This document shows, one piece after another, positions 1-11,354 of a DNA stretch of 64,000 nt. The notes beneath the pieces are model-generated. The model was given only the letters and a program-made list of their open reading frames with translations. It was not told where the DNA came from and searched no databases. Made by a program: the position numbers and the translations under genes. Every line of letters begins with the position of its first letter. Positions within the stretch are counted from its first letter, which is position 1. The stretch spans positions 11,348,001-11,412,000 of the forward strand of contig CM075988.1 of NCBI GenBank assembly GCA_038087875.1, given 5' to 3'. The DNA comes from Malacoraja senta. Lineage: Eukaryota.

Positions 1-130
1 TTCCAGGATGAGAGTCTAAAAATAATGTTAATTCCTGGGGTCCAATTTCTCCAGAAAACAAAGTTGTTATAAATTGCTGGATTTTCTAAAACACCCTGGT
101 TGCATCCTTGGCATCTGGAGATCAAGAGGG

Positions 131-308
131 AGTATTCAAGAGAGAGTTAGATATAGCTCTTAGGGCAAACGGAATCAAGGGATATGGGGAGAAAGCAGGA
201 ACGGGGTACTGATTTTGGATAATCAGCCATGATCATTAAATGACAGCGCTGACTCGAAGTACCGAATGGCCTGCTCCTGCACCTCTTTTCTATGTTCTAT
301 ATTCTATC
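131..308 (+). mobile_element. CR1/HER1 LINE 3' end fragment
   Basis: Encodes ...KRELDIAL...GIKGYGEKAGTGY*, followed by the CR1 3' stem region (ccgaatggcct) and a (ttctatg)n tail. Confidence 0.85.
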
Positions 309-340
309 ATGTTGGTCCAGACAGTTATTTTAATAAGACG

Positions 341-990
341 TTCAAGAAGGAACTGCAGATGCTGGAAAATCGAAGGTAGACAAAAATGCTGGAGAAACTC
401 AGCGGGTGCGGCAGCATCTATGGAGCGAAGGAAATAGGCAACGTTTCGGGCCAAAACCTTTCTTCAGACTGATGCAGGGTGGGGGGGGGGGGGCGGGAAG
501 AAGAAAGGAAGAGGAGGAGCCAGAGGGCTGAGGGAGAGCTGAGAAAGGGAGGAGACAGCAAGGGCTACCGGAAATTGGAGAAGTCAATGTTCAGGCCACT
601 GGGGTGCAGACTGCCCAAGCGGAATAGGAGGTGCTGCTCCTCCAATTTCCAGTGGTGCTCACTCTGGCCATGGAGGAGGCCCAGGACAGAAAGGTCTGAT
701 TCGGAATGGGAGGGGGAGTTGAAGTGCTGAGCCACAGGGAGATCAGGTTGGTGTTCGGCGAAACGATCGGCAAGCCTACGCTTGGTCTCACCGATGGAGA
801 TCAGCTGACATTTAGAGCAGTGGATGCAATAGATGAGGTTGGAGGAGGTGCAGGTGAACCTCTGTCGCACCTGGAACGACTGCTTGGGTCCTTGAATGGA
901 GTCGAGGGGGGAGGTAAAGCGACACGTGTAGCATCTCTTGCGGTTGCAAATGAAAGTACCCGGGGAGGGGGTGGTGCGGGTGGGAAGGGA
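341..990 (-). mobile_element. Penelope-like element 3' part (GIY-YIG endonuclease remnant plus pseudo-LTR)
   Basis: ORF 565..870 FTCTSSNLIYCIHCSKC..IGETKRRLADRFAEH..VAQHFN..GLN is a Penelope GIY-YIG domain; the pLTR ends in cagcatctgcagttccttct. Confidence 0.9.
437..473 (-). ncRNA. Minimal hammerhead ribozyme motif in Penelope pLTR
   Basis: Reverse strand reads agt-CTGAAGA-a-aggtt-tt-ggccc-GAAA-CG-TT-gcc: hammerhead core, imperfect stem II and a palindromic minimal stem III. Confidence 0.55.
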
Positions 991-996
991 AGCGAT

Positions 997-1560
997 GCAA
1001 TGGTACTTTAATATTATGTGTACCTTAATACAGTGAAACTTTGTTTTACATACAATTCAGTAAAATATGCACAATGATCAATAAATATAAAAGTGCAATG
1101 ATTATAGTGCAGGAAAAGTATACTTGAGTGAGGCAACACACAAAGACTTGCCACGTTTCTAGTGCCATCTTGTACCTTTCAAGTTCTGAAAATAGTGTCT
1201 TATCTTGGCCTTAAAGGCCTGTTGTCCGGGCAGCGGCATTGGGTCAGCCCAATATGGCATGGTGTCGATTTCCTCCAGTGCTGCTCCACCGCTCTGTGCT
1301 GCTGCAGGCCGTGTCCGATCCATGTGGCCTCAAGCAGTGACTGATCTCTGCAATCTCCCAGCTGTTGCAGGGCTTCCAGCTGCCCACTCTGCCCACACTT
1401 TGACCCGCCAATGTGCCAAATCCGAAGCCTCCGGCAAACGGCGCATCCTTGGGTCGATCCCAGAATTCCCAGAGCGCCTCCCATTGCACGGTAAACAATC
1501 CCCCATCCCGCTCACTAGCTCCGATCCTCTGCTCCATCTGCTGCTGCTGCCGATTTGGTT
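997..1560 (-). mobile_element. Unclassified SINE-like / non-autonomous LINE-derived repeat
   Basis: Shares ctgcc(c/a)ggacaacaggccttta and the 3' end ...aaagtaccattg with copies at 45723-46450 (+) and 48258-48600 (-). Confidence 0.55.
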
Positions 1561-2399
1561 GATGGCCATAAATATCAGGATATCCAACAGAAAGCTTGGA
1601 TAATTAAATCTCCACAGGATGATGAAAATTAAAGATAGAAATATTTTTGCTTTTCAATAGCCTATTTCCATCTGCAAAATGATATTGGATAAGCTGGTCT
1701 TTCTGCTTCATGTTGTAGGCCCCTATCTCCACCGCTCTATCTATTATACTTGAGTTCGAACTGATTGTATCTATGTAAGGTGTATCAAATCTGTTTGGAT
1801 AGCATGTAAAACAAAGCTTTTCACCAAACCTTGGTACATGTGGCAATGCTAAACCTAAACCTCGGTGGAATGCTAAGGGACCACTTTAACCAATCCACCC
1901 ATCTAGCTCTGCTACCCTCCTCCACCCCCTGTTCTACACCTCGGATTAATTTATGCTCAATCCAGGCAAATACTGTAGAATGGGTGGGATTGCAGGCAAT
2001 TGTATGAAATGAAAACATGAAATATGTGGATTACTGGTTTGGCACTGGGCGTGGTTGCTTCTTTCCAACAATTTGGGGTACAAAATCTCTTCATGCCAAG
2101 AGAGACGTTTTAATTCATCATTTAGCCATAGTAATGTGTATTTAAATGATTGGTGAGGCAGATAAGAAGGGGCCTGATGGAATAAGTGAAGCATTCCTTG
2201 GGAAAATTGAGAAAGGAAAAAATGAAAAATATATTTCAGAATCCTGCTGAGAATGGGAATGTGCAAAAAAAAAAAGGCTTAGAAACCAGTTCCCTTTTTC
2301 TAAACTGTTGGCGGATTCGAACGAAAATAAAAGTTACAAATAGGTTCGCTTAAATCCTAAGGTAAAGGAAATGTTGTATCTCTAATGCAGATAAAGTGC

Positions 2400-3390
2400 T
2401 GAAGCTCATAGAAGAGAAATAATTTGAAACAGCCAACAGTGAAATTCAGAGAGTTTGACCTTGAGAAACTTCAGTGAGTAAGGAAATGGTACAGCGGGAA
2501 TGTGAAATGCTGTGTACAGGGACTTACAGAAGGTTTCTCACAAGGTACTTTTGAGGAGACTATTGAAGAATTCAAACATTGGAAAGAGAGTGTGATAAGA
2601 TGATGGAAATATGTAAGAAGTAACAGATGGAATGTATATCAATAAATTTCAGTTAAACATTTTTGAAAGCAATTATAATTTGAATGTGGACAAGAAGAGG
2701 ATAAAAAATATGGCTTGCTGAAAATAAGACATCAAAAGTTGAACTTCAGATGTTTTATTTCAAAATACAGATGGAATAATGTTATTGCAAATGGTATGGC
2801 TCGAGTATTTTAGGGACAATAATAAATGTACAGATGGTAACGTCTGGAGTCTTTGTGCACCCACCCTCCAATCCACCCTAAAGAAAGTTTGTTGAGAATA
2901 AAGCAAAACATAAAGTGCTGTAGGAACTCAGATGGTAAGGGAGCATCTGTTTTGGGTCAGGCTTTTCCTGTCCATTTACTCCACTGCCTGACCCACGGAG
3001 TTCCTCCAGCACTTTGTGTTTTGCCCGAGATTCTGGCATCTGCAGTTTCTTGCATCTCCACTTTGTTTGAGAACAGCTGGCTTAAAATTGTTTACACAAT
3101 AAATGAATCTAAAACAAGGAGAGATCAAAGGAGGAGATTCAGAGCAAAATCATTTTTTTTTCTTTTTCACACAGATGGCTTTGAAATCGACTATCTGCTT
3201 CACTGATAGAAATAGAGATTTCTTCAGCAGTTAATAACTTTTATTGATGTTTGAAGGAAAGAGGGATAAAGGGATATGAAAATTTAGTGTGCATATGTGA
3301 AGGGATTACTTGGTGCAGAAGATAAATCCTTATCCAGCCTGCATAGTCTGAAAAAGACTGACATTTTTCGATACTTTCTTTGTATTTCTA
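2400..3390 (+). mobile_element. Highly decayed CR1 fragments with an embedded collapsed Penelope pLTR (about 2900-3060)
   Basis: Remnant motifs gacttacagaaggtttctcacaaggt (DFQKAFDKV-like) and agggataaagggatatg; pLTR motif cacggagttcctccagcactttgtgt. Confidence 0.5.
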
Positions 3391-3704
3391 TTGGTCAAAG
3401 TCAATGTACTGCGAAATGATGAGTAGAGTTTAACAAGAAATAATGACTGCACTTACAGGAAATGCATCATAACTTCTTCCATCTCTACTAAAAGGGATAT
3501 TGTTGGTTTAAAGTTAAAAGGCTTGCGTTTATATAGAACCTTTCATAACCTCAGTTTATTAAAGTATGCTTGCAGACAATTAAAAACCTTTTGAGTGCAA
3601 TTACTTGGATATTATGACAGGTTGATGAACCGAAAGACACCAGTATGATTATGACCAGAGCATTTTGGTCAGGAGAAAAACATTAGAAAAACAAATGCTC
3701 TCAT

Positions 3705-4230
3705 CAAATAAAGATATAAAGTATTGGAGTAAAACTCAATGGGTCAGGCAGCAACTCTGATAGACGTGGATAGGCACCATTTTGGGTAACCCCCCTCATT
3801 CTTCACCCCCTCTTCCGTATACACATAGGGATGCATAACCATTTCTTTCACTATCCCATGCATTCCCCCCCCCCCCCCCAACCACCACTAATCCCCTTCC
3901 ATCTACATCCCTTCCTCTGGCTTCACATTTCAGATGTCTTCTCTACTTATCTTTCAGCCTTTTGTCTTCTTTTCATCTCTGGCCTTTGTCAACCCCTCCA
4001 CCAATAAAAAACCTCTTCACCTCTATCCACCTATCACTTGCCAGGCCTTTTCCCAGCTGAACATCTTCTATCAGCTTCAAACCCCCAACTACAATTAGTG
4101 TGAAGAAGGGTCCAACCCAAAACGTCCCCCATCCATGTTCTCCAAAGATGCTGCCGGAACCGCTGAGTTACTACGAAACTTTGTGCCTTTTTGTTATAAC
4201 TCTGCACCTGCAGTTCCTGTGTCTGCTCTC
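3705..4230. mobile_element. Penelope pLTR fragments in opposite orientations
   Basis: ggagtaaaactcaatgggtcaggcagc (-) and tgaagaagggtccaacccaaaacgtc...gagttactacg...ctgcagttcct (+). Confidence 0.75.
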
Positions 4231-4284
4231 ATCAAAATGTCGCAATAAATCAATTGAATCTCCACAAGAGCATAGACAGAATCT

Positions 4285-4452
4285 TAATACTCCAAAAACT
4301 TTCAGGTATGTAGGTAACCAGACTAGGTAAATGTAAAAATTGTCCCTATTGTTTGCTGGATAGTATTAATGTGTGGGGATCGCTGGTTGGCGCGGACCCA
4401 GTGGGCAAAAGGGCCTGTTTCCATGCTGTATCTCTAAACTAAACTTAACTAA
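4285..4452 (+). mobile_element. HE1-type V-SINE, 3' half
   Basis: aaattgtcccta...gggcctgtttccatgctgtatctctaaactaaact. Confidence 0.85.
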
Positions 4453-4840
4453 TAGAATGTCTCATTTGTTTAAAGCATTTTTGAAATGTAGTCCTTGTAG
4501 TCAACTGCGATTCTGCGCTTAGCTCTGCCCACTGACGAAGTCAAACTCTTCAATATGACTCATGGACGACATGATTAACCATCAGCAATGAGTTTATTTT
4601 ACTTGCACGAGCACAGTCAAAGGCCACGATCATAACTCTAATATTAAGTTGGGACAGCAGGGCATTTATACACCAACAATATAATTACTAAGGAAGTACA
4701 AGGGTGAGGTAGATTGATGTGAAAATTACACAATCTATAGTTTACTTTTTCATTACACAATGGTCGAAACTTTTTGGCTCCGTCCTTAACCGGGTACAAA
4801 AGGTAATGATAATTAGTATGTTAATCATCCCGACACTAGA

Positions 4841-5445
4841 AACTAATGGACTATGGGTTAATAACTGGAAAAAAGCGAATTCTAACATTTTGGAAGAAGG
4901 CTCCAATACCAACTATAAATATGTGGACTTCAAATATGTTCGAAACATTACACCTAGAAGAGATAAGACTCCTCCTAGCATGTAAACCAGGTCACTTCCA
5001 CCTGACGTGGTCTGCATTTATAGAATTATTACTAATATAGGGTGCAAAAGTACTTAAAATTGAGGTCAGGTAAGGGGAGATGCTAGTTGAAGAGTTGGTA
5101 TGTCCCATTTACGTAATGCTCATAAAAATATTTGTTTCTCTCTTTTTCCTCTTTCTCTTTCTCTTTCTTTTCTAGGGTCTATTTCTTAACTCTTTTTCTT
5201 TTGTTTTTTAATTTTGCTCTTATAGGGTCTTCGTCCTTTTTTGTTGTCACATTTTCTACACTTTCACTTTTTCCTTCACTTACTTCTTTCTTTCAATCTT
5301 TTCTTTTTCTAGTGTAAAAAATAAATGGAGTACATTAATTGTAAGAAGACATAAGTGACGAGTACTAATGTATGTGGTTGTAATGTAATGTACTTCTAAT
5401 AAATAAAAATTTAAAAAAAAAATAATAATAATAATAATAATAATA
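4841..5445 (+). mobile_element. 5'-truncated L1 LINE (ORF2 C-terminus, 3'UTR, A/(AAT)n tail) with 14-bp TSD
   Basis: Close match to 57310-57914; AATAAA then tail; TSD ATCCCGACACTAGA at 4827-4840 and 5446-5459. Confidence 0.95.
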
Positions 5446-5511
5446 ATCCCGACACTAGATCGCAACCTGGCCCCACAGGATACATAGATAATGAAGGTAC
5501 CTGTGCTCAAC

Positions 5512-5601
5512 ATTTTGTTTAAGAAGGAACTGCAGATGCTGGAAAATCGAAGGTAGACAAAAATGCTGGAGAAATGCTGGAGTTTCTGCAGCATTTTTGT
5601 C
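5512..5601. mobile_element. Collapsed palindromic Penelope pLTR insertion with 14-bp TSD
   Basis: Inverted arms aggtagacaaaaatgctg / cagcatttttgtctacct; TSD TACCTGTGCTCAAC at 5498-5511 and 5602-5615. Confidence 0.85.
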
Positions 5602-5658
5602 TACCTGTGCTCAACCGTGGTTTCTGGCTGGCGATTTCTGAATGCTGCAATGCGGTAA

Positions 5659-6351
5659 AGGGCCTGTCCCACTTACGTGTCTTTGGCACACAAATTACGC
5701 GACCTCGCGGTTGCGTTGAGGCGCACGGGCATTGTAGGGCCGCGCGGGGCCGGTCCCACTTAGAAGCGTGGAGGGGTATGTAGTTGTGCGCGACATCGCA
5801 CGGGGCTCTGAAATTTTTGTAGTGAATTAAATCTTCGCGCACCAACGGCCTGTCGCGGAACTGACGGCCAAAGTGGGACAGGCCCATGACCCTGGCGCGA
5901 TGCAACGTCTCTCCTTCAACAGCAGCAGAAGCAGGCAAACGATCGCCGAACTCGGCCTGGGGCTCACGGCCGTTGCGGTCCGGATCCGCCCGCACTTCTA
6001 CTCCCAGAGCAGGGCCAAGAAAATTGAAGATAGACACAAAATGCAGGAGTAACCCAGCGGGACCGGCAGCATCTCTGGAGAGAAGCAATGGGTGACGTTT
6101 CGGGTCAAGACCCTTTTCAGACTGAAGAAGAGTCTCGACACGAAACGTCACCCATTGCTTCTCTCCAGAGATGCTGCCGGTCCCGCTGAGTTACTCCAAC
6201 TTTGTGTCCATCTTCAAATGACGTCACGCCCTCCAGACGGCTGTGCGAAGGGCATGGAATCGCGCCCGACCTTCGCAGGACTGTCTCGGCTCAACGCGAC
6301 CACGAGGTCGCGTAATTTGCGTGCCAAGGACACGTAAATGGGACAGGCCCT
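5659..6351. mobile_element. PIF/Harbinger-type MITE (693 bp) with TAA TSD
   Basis: About 60-bp imperfect TIRs starting AGGGCCTGTCCCA; TAA at 5656-5658 and 6352-6354; CpG-rich; no transposase. Confidence 0.85.
6025..6216. mobile_element. Palindromic Penelope pLTR cassette with hammerhead-like motifs on both strands, nested in the MITE
   Basis: 192-bp near-perfect inverted repeat centred on ttcag-a-ctgaa; CTGAAGA-agagtctcgacac-GAAACGTC from 6122. Confidence 0.85.
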
Positions 6352-7024
6352 TAAGGTAATGACAATGAGTATGTAAACTGACCGGTATTAGCTGACATCT
6401 TTGGAACACAAAGGTGAGGGGACGATGTGTTAATGGTATGTGCATCAGGGCCGGGGCATAGTAGAGATAGCGATGGGTATTGCAACTCGCCGCAAAACCC
6501 AAGAGACGCAGCAGAGGTGGTAGCAATGTTCGAAATTGTTTTGTGGCATGGAAGGTACTCGCTGGCGACTTTATTAAATGTATTTAATAAATAAAGCACC
6601 TCCAAGTTTTGGGACATCCACACACCGAGGCTTAAATCCACAGCTGACATACTGGAAAAACACTAAAGAATAAGACCATGTGTATGCCTCTATAAAGCTT
6701 GGAGAGTCTTCCATTTCACAAACTCGATATGGATGCAGGGTTAATTTAAAGTAAACCATCACCACCTGCTACATCCAATCTTACACTTTTAGCTAAAGCT
6801 GATCCTTTTATCATGAAGGTATTTTAGTCTGGCGCACTGATTTGTAAAATAGCCAGCCACTTCAAAATACAGAGATTCACTCAGACGAACCATGAACTCA
6901 CATTACCATTTGAAAAGAATAATAAGCTTGGGCTGACTCTCCAAATCATAATACATTTTGATTCATTTACTGCCTCAAACATTTGCATCACGGGTCCAGC
7001 CCATATTGGCTTTAGACAATGAGA

Positions 7025-7138
7025 TCAATAGACAATAGACAATAGGTGCAGGAGTAGGCCATTTGGCCCCTTGAGCCAGCACCGCCATTCACTGTGATCA
7101 TGGCTGATATTCCCCGATCAGTACCCCGTTCCTGCCTT
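7025..7138 (-). mobile_element. CR1 3' end fragment
   Basis: (caataga)n tail then ggtgcaggagtaggccattt...gtaccccgttcctgcc. Confidence 0.85.
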
Positions 7139-8304
7139 ACTTCAATCTTACTTCAATCATGTGAATAGCTTCAATGGTCTGTCAAGATTATTGAACTTAA
7201 ATAAAAAAATTGGGAAGAGTAAAATCAACATTATTAGAGCTGTTGATTCATCATTCTTTGACTACAATAATGGGTTATTTGACAGATGATGTTAAGTTAA
7301 CATTTCAAACTGTTGGATGGACATGTCCCCTCAATGCTAAGGAGTGGATTGCAAAGGCTTATATGATACAAAGGATCATCAGATTATTGCATTATCAATT
7401 AAAATTCCTTACAGCTTTATTCCAGTTGTTTTCAATTTCCAAACAACTTGTTGTTCGGGTCTGTTTAAACTTGAGCAAACCATCAATTGCAAACATTGGC
7501 ATCACTCTGCCACTAAACTGTACCTATAGGCCAAATTCAGGAGCTTGGAAATTGTGAGCACCACCACAATTCTTATCTGCAGCAGCACAGACCTATTAGT
7601 GCTACTGAAAGTAAGAATTTAATTGTTCTGTTTAGGTACATATGACAATAAAACACTCCTGACTCTTGTCTAAACCAGGTTTGAGCTGCCGTGGAATCAG
7701 CAAAAATACCGAGCATGTAGATAAATTTAAAAGTTCACATGATTTATCAGCAGTCTAAGCTTTATATTGCATCAAAAGCTACCTGGGCATCTCAGGGATG
7801 GAGCTTCTGGACAATGGTTTCTGAAGCCTTCTCGTGTTTGTGGCCTTGCTAACACCTGGCACCTTAAACCTCCACATCTAGGTGAGAATGGCTGTGTAGA
7901 GGTCCTCAGGTGATGATTTCAGATTGTTGGTCTAGTTCAGGGTGAAATGCCCCTTACAATCTGATGTTTCTACTTCTCATATATATATAACCAGGTTTGA
8001 TATTTGGAGAATGGATAGTGCAAAAAAAAAAAATCAATTCTGTTGAACTTAGTTTGTGAAAACAATAATATTTCCTTTGAGAGATTTTTGAGACATAGTT
8101 GAGCCTCATTGATTTTGTACATGACCCGAGGGAGTCATAAACAGCAGAAAAAGATGCAACAGCTTAAAAGTGTCAGTGCCTTTTGGATAGATGCAATGTT
8201 GTAGAATGTTCTTCACCTTCACCACAGTCATGACGTATTCTTGTCAAGAGTCCTCTTTCTCTTGGGCATGGACCTCTGCTGATGATGTTGTGTATCTCAT
8301 AGGT

Positions 8305-8650
8305 CTCCATTGAAACATACCAAATAGTGAAAGGCTTGGATAGAGTGGATGAGGAGATTATGTTTCCACTAGTGGAAGAGTCTACGACCAGTGGTCAAGA
8401 GTTAAAGGACATTCCTTCAGGAAGGAAATGAGGAAGAATTTCTTTAGTCAGAGAGTGGTGAATCTGTGGAATTCTTTGCCACAAAAGGATGTGGAGGCCA
8501 AGTCAATGGTTATTTCGAAGGCAGAGATAGATAGATTCTTGATTATTACGGGTGCCAGATGTGGGGAGAAGGGGTTAGGAGGGAGAGATGGATCAGCCAT
8601 AATTGATGGGCCGAATGACCTAATTCTGCTCTTATCACAGATGACCTTAT
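8305..8650 (+). mobile_element. CR1 3' fragment
   Basis: MRKNFFSQRVVNLWNSLPQ, the CR1 ORF2 C-terminal motif. Confidence 0.85.
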
Positions 8651-9419
8651 AGCTCTGGTACATGGTGCTTTGCTGCCCCAATTCCCTTCACATGAGGATC
8701 TTCTCCAAATCCATCAGCCTCATCGCCTGTGATTCATCTTTTCTGTCTTGTGTTTCGGCCAACAATTGCGACGACAGTAATGCGATGATGAGATACAATA
8801 TGCATCTTTGCTCATCCACAATCTCTACAGAAGACCTCTATATTCATACAGAACTGAGTGCAATACTGAGTGTTGTATCTTTGATACGGTGGTATATCAA
8901 ATACTGCCATTTAGCTGGAAGTTACTGCCTTCAAACAAACAATGTATGTGTTGATAGCTCTGGTATTATATGTAGTGATACAAAGAGTCATCAGAAACCA
9001 CATTTCATTGCTTTGTTTCTGGAAACTGACTATTGATTAAAAATTGTAATTAAAATAATATCACATCAATCAGGAACCTCTCAAATCAATGAAGATACCA
9101 TGATTTTTTATTTGTATTTTTCGCTTGTAATACAATGAAAATGTGGCAAGTTTTCACACACAACTGTCCCACAAAACTGACAGCTTAATCGGTTTTGTTA
9201 TTGGTTAGTTGAATAACTTTTCCCAAATGCCAAATAATTTCTGAACATTGTAAATCTAAGCTGTAACAGTGTTCGATATTTACTTTAAATGAATGGTACA
9301 GTTTAAAGTTTCCTCTTTTCAAAGTGAATCTGTTGGTGTTAATCTTTCATTATTTTAGTGCAAAGGCAAGTGAGATCATGTGCACAAATCTTAATGGAAA
9401 AATGTTCATACTAATGTGC

Positions 9420-9710
9420 GAGAGTCATATAGCCCAGAAACAGACCTTTCTACCCATCAAGTACTTGCCGACCATCTAACATCCTTTATGCTAATCCCAT
9501 TTTATTTCTCCTCAATTCACCCCAGATTCCACCACTAACCTCCACATTGGAAGCAAATTTAAGTGGCCAATTAACCTATTAACTTGCACTTCTTTGAGAG
9601 AATGGGAGCATCGGAGGAAACCCATAGAGTCAGGGAAAACCTGCATGCTTCACGCAGACCAATGGTTGGGATTGAACCTGGTGGTTGGAACCGTGAGGCA
9701 GCAATTCTTC
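9420..9710 (-). mobile_element. Degenerate V-SINE
   Basis: gccaattaaccta...gaggaaaccca...gggattgaacctgg...gtgaggcagc. Confidence 0.65.
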
Positions 9711-10238
9711 CCTTGACTGAGGCAAAGCAAATGCAACCAACTAACTAAACAAAAATAATTTTCTTTTGTGCTTTATGTTGATATGCAATTTCAACTTTGT
9801 ATTTAGTGACTTGGCCAAGCAATATTTGTATCTCCATCAGGAAGATTTGCATTTGGAGTGTGAAGTCATTGTCATAAGGCGACCAGTTCTGAGTGTTTTC
9901 ATTTTTTCAGAGTGGTCAAGTCTATTAAATAAATTCTCACCAATTGAAAGTTGTGAAAAACTGCTAAATAGTTTACAATGGAGTCCGAAATGTTTCTGCT
10001 CCATTTACAAGTAGGAAAGTGATTCAGCCTTGAGTCGATTCAGAATACAAGATCGTAATGTTAGCTCATAAAATTTAGTATCAGTGCAAAATATGATAAT
10101 AATTTTATTTATTACCTGGCAGGCAAATTGATGTATGATTTATTAAATCAGTCAGAGTGGACCAATGATCAGATAACTGAAATGCCGCGATTAGATTTGT
10201 ATTCTCTGATCGTCAATGATCTTCCCTGGTCAACTATC

Positions 10239-10323
10239 GAAGGTAGACACAAAATGCTGGAGTAACTCAGCAGGACAGACAACATCTCTGGATAGAAGGA
10301 ATGGGTGATGTTTTGGGTCAAGT
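10239..10323 (-). mobile_element. 85-bp Penelope pLTR insertion with 10-bp TSD
   Basis: gaaggtagacacaaaatgctggagtaactcag...; TSD GTCAACTATC at 10229-10238 and 10324-10333. Confidence 0.85.
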
Positions 10324-10659
10324 GTCAACTATCTCCATCGACATAAAGATAGTAACAAACATCAGCGGCAGCATACTGTAGCAAGTTGAACATAATGGTG
10401 TTGGCCCAGATTTTACACTTGGTCTAAAGTAATGGTACTCACAATTGACCTGAGGTGAATGTTGCCCATAAAGACCCCATAAACACCAAGACTCAGGGTT
10501 CTGGTGTTTGGATTGGTTGTTTTTACCTGTCAGATCAACACGATTCTTCACATCCACTTTCAATGTACTTGAGCAGTCAAGTACGTTAAAATATTTCCAC
10601 AGACAGCAAATCAATCAGGTAAAAATACCTTTTAATGAACATTTTAAGCACTATCATAA

Positions 10660-11270
10660 ATGAAAGATTTCAAAGTTCTTGGGGTCCAAGTCCATAATTT
10701 TTCAACAGTGGCAACACAAGTAGATAGAGTGGTAAAAATGATACATGGTATGCTCTCAGTTATAGGTTGTGGTATTGAGTATACGAGACAAGAAGTCATG
10801 ATGCAGCTTTATAGGACTTGATAGGCCACACTTGCAGTTCTGGTTGCCCCGTTACAGGAATGTTGTGGAGGCTTTGGAAAGGGTGCAGAGGTGGTTTACC
10901 AGAATGATTCTAGGATTAGGAAGTATTAGCGACAGGGAGAGGTTGGACAGACTTGGATTGTTTTCTCTGGAATGCAAGAGGGGTTATGGGGAGATCTGTT
11001 AGAAGTATATAAAATTACAAGAGGCATAGATAAGGTAGACGGTCAGAATCGTTTTCCCAGGATTGGAAAATCAAATACTAGCGGCATAAATTTAAGGTGA
11101 GAGGAGCAAAGTTTAAAGGAGATGTGCAGGGCAAGATTTTACACAGAGGGTAGTAAGTGCCTGGAACACACTGGGTGGTGGTTGAAGCAGAAATGTTAGT
11201 GGCATTTAAAGGACTTTTGAATATGCACAATGGAATGGAGGGATATGAGTTATATGCAGGTAGATAAGTG
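10660..11270 (+). mobile_element. Degenerate CR1 ORF2 3' region
   Basis: Frameshifted ..LYRTL.RPHL..QFW.P.YR.VEALERVQRWFTRMI.. motifs. Confidence 0.75.
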
Positions 11271-11354
11271 ATGATTGTGAGTGTTATTAGCCAAGTAAAG
11301 GAAGGCTGTAGAAGGTAAGATGAACAAGAATTGCTGGAAAAAAGAACATGTATT

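Noticed and set aside
5066..5075. CAGGTAAG as another recursive splice site
   Set aside because: It lies in the L1 3'UTR with no pyrimidine tract. Similar AGGT motifs near 11313, 19500 and 31545 lack either a tract or a good donor.
5519..6151. 210-aa ORF on the - strand
   Set aside because: It runs across three unrelated TE segments (Penelope cassette, MITE, Penelope), so it is not a coherent gene.
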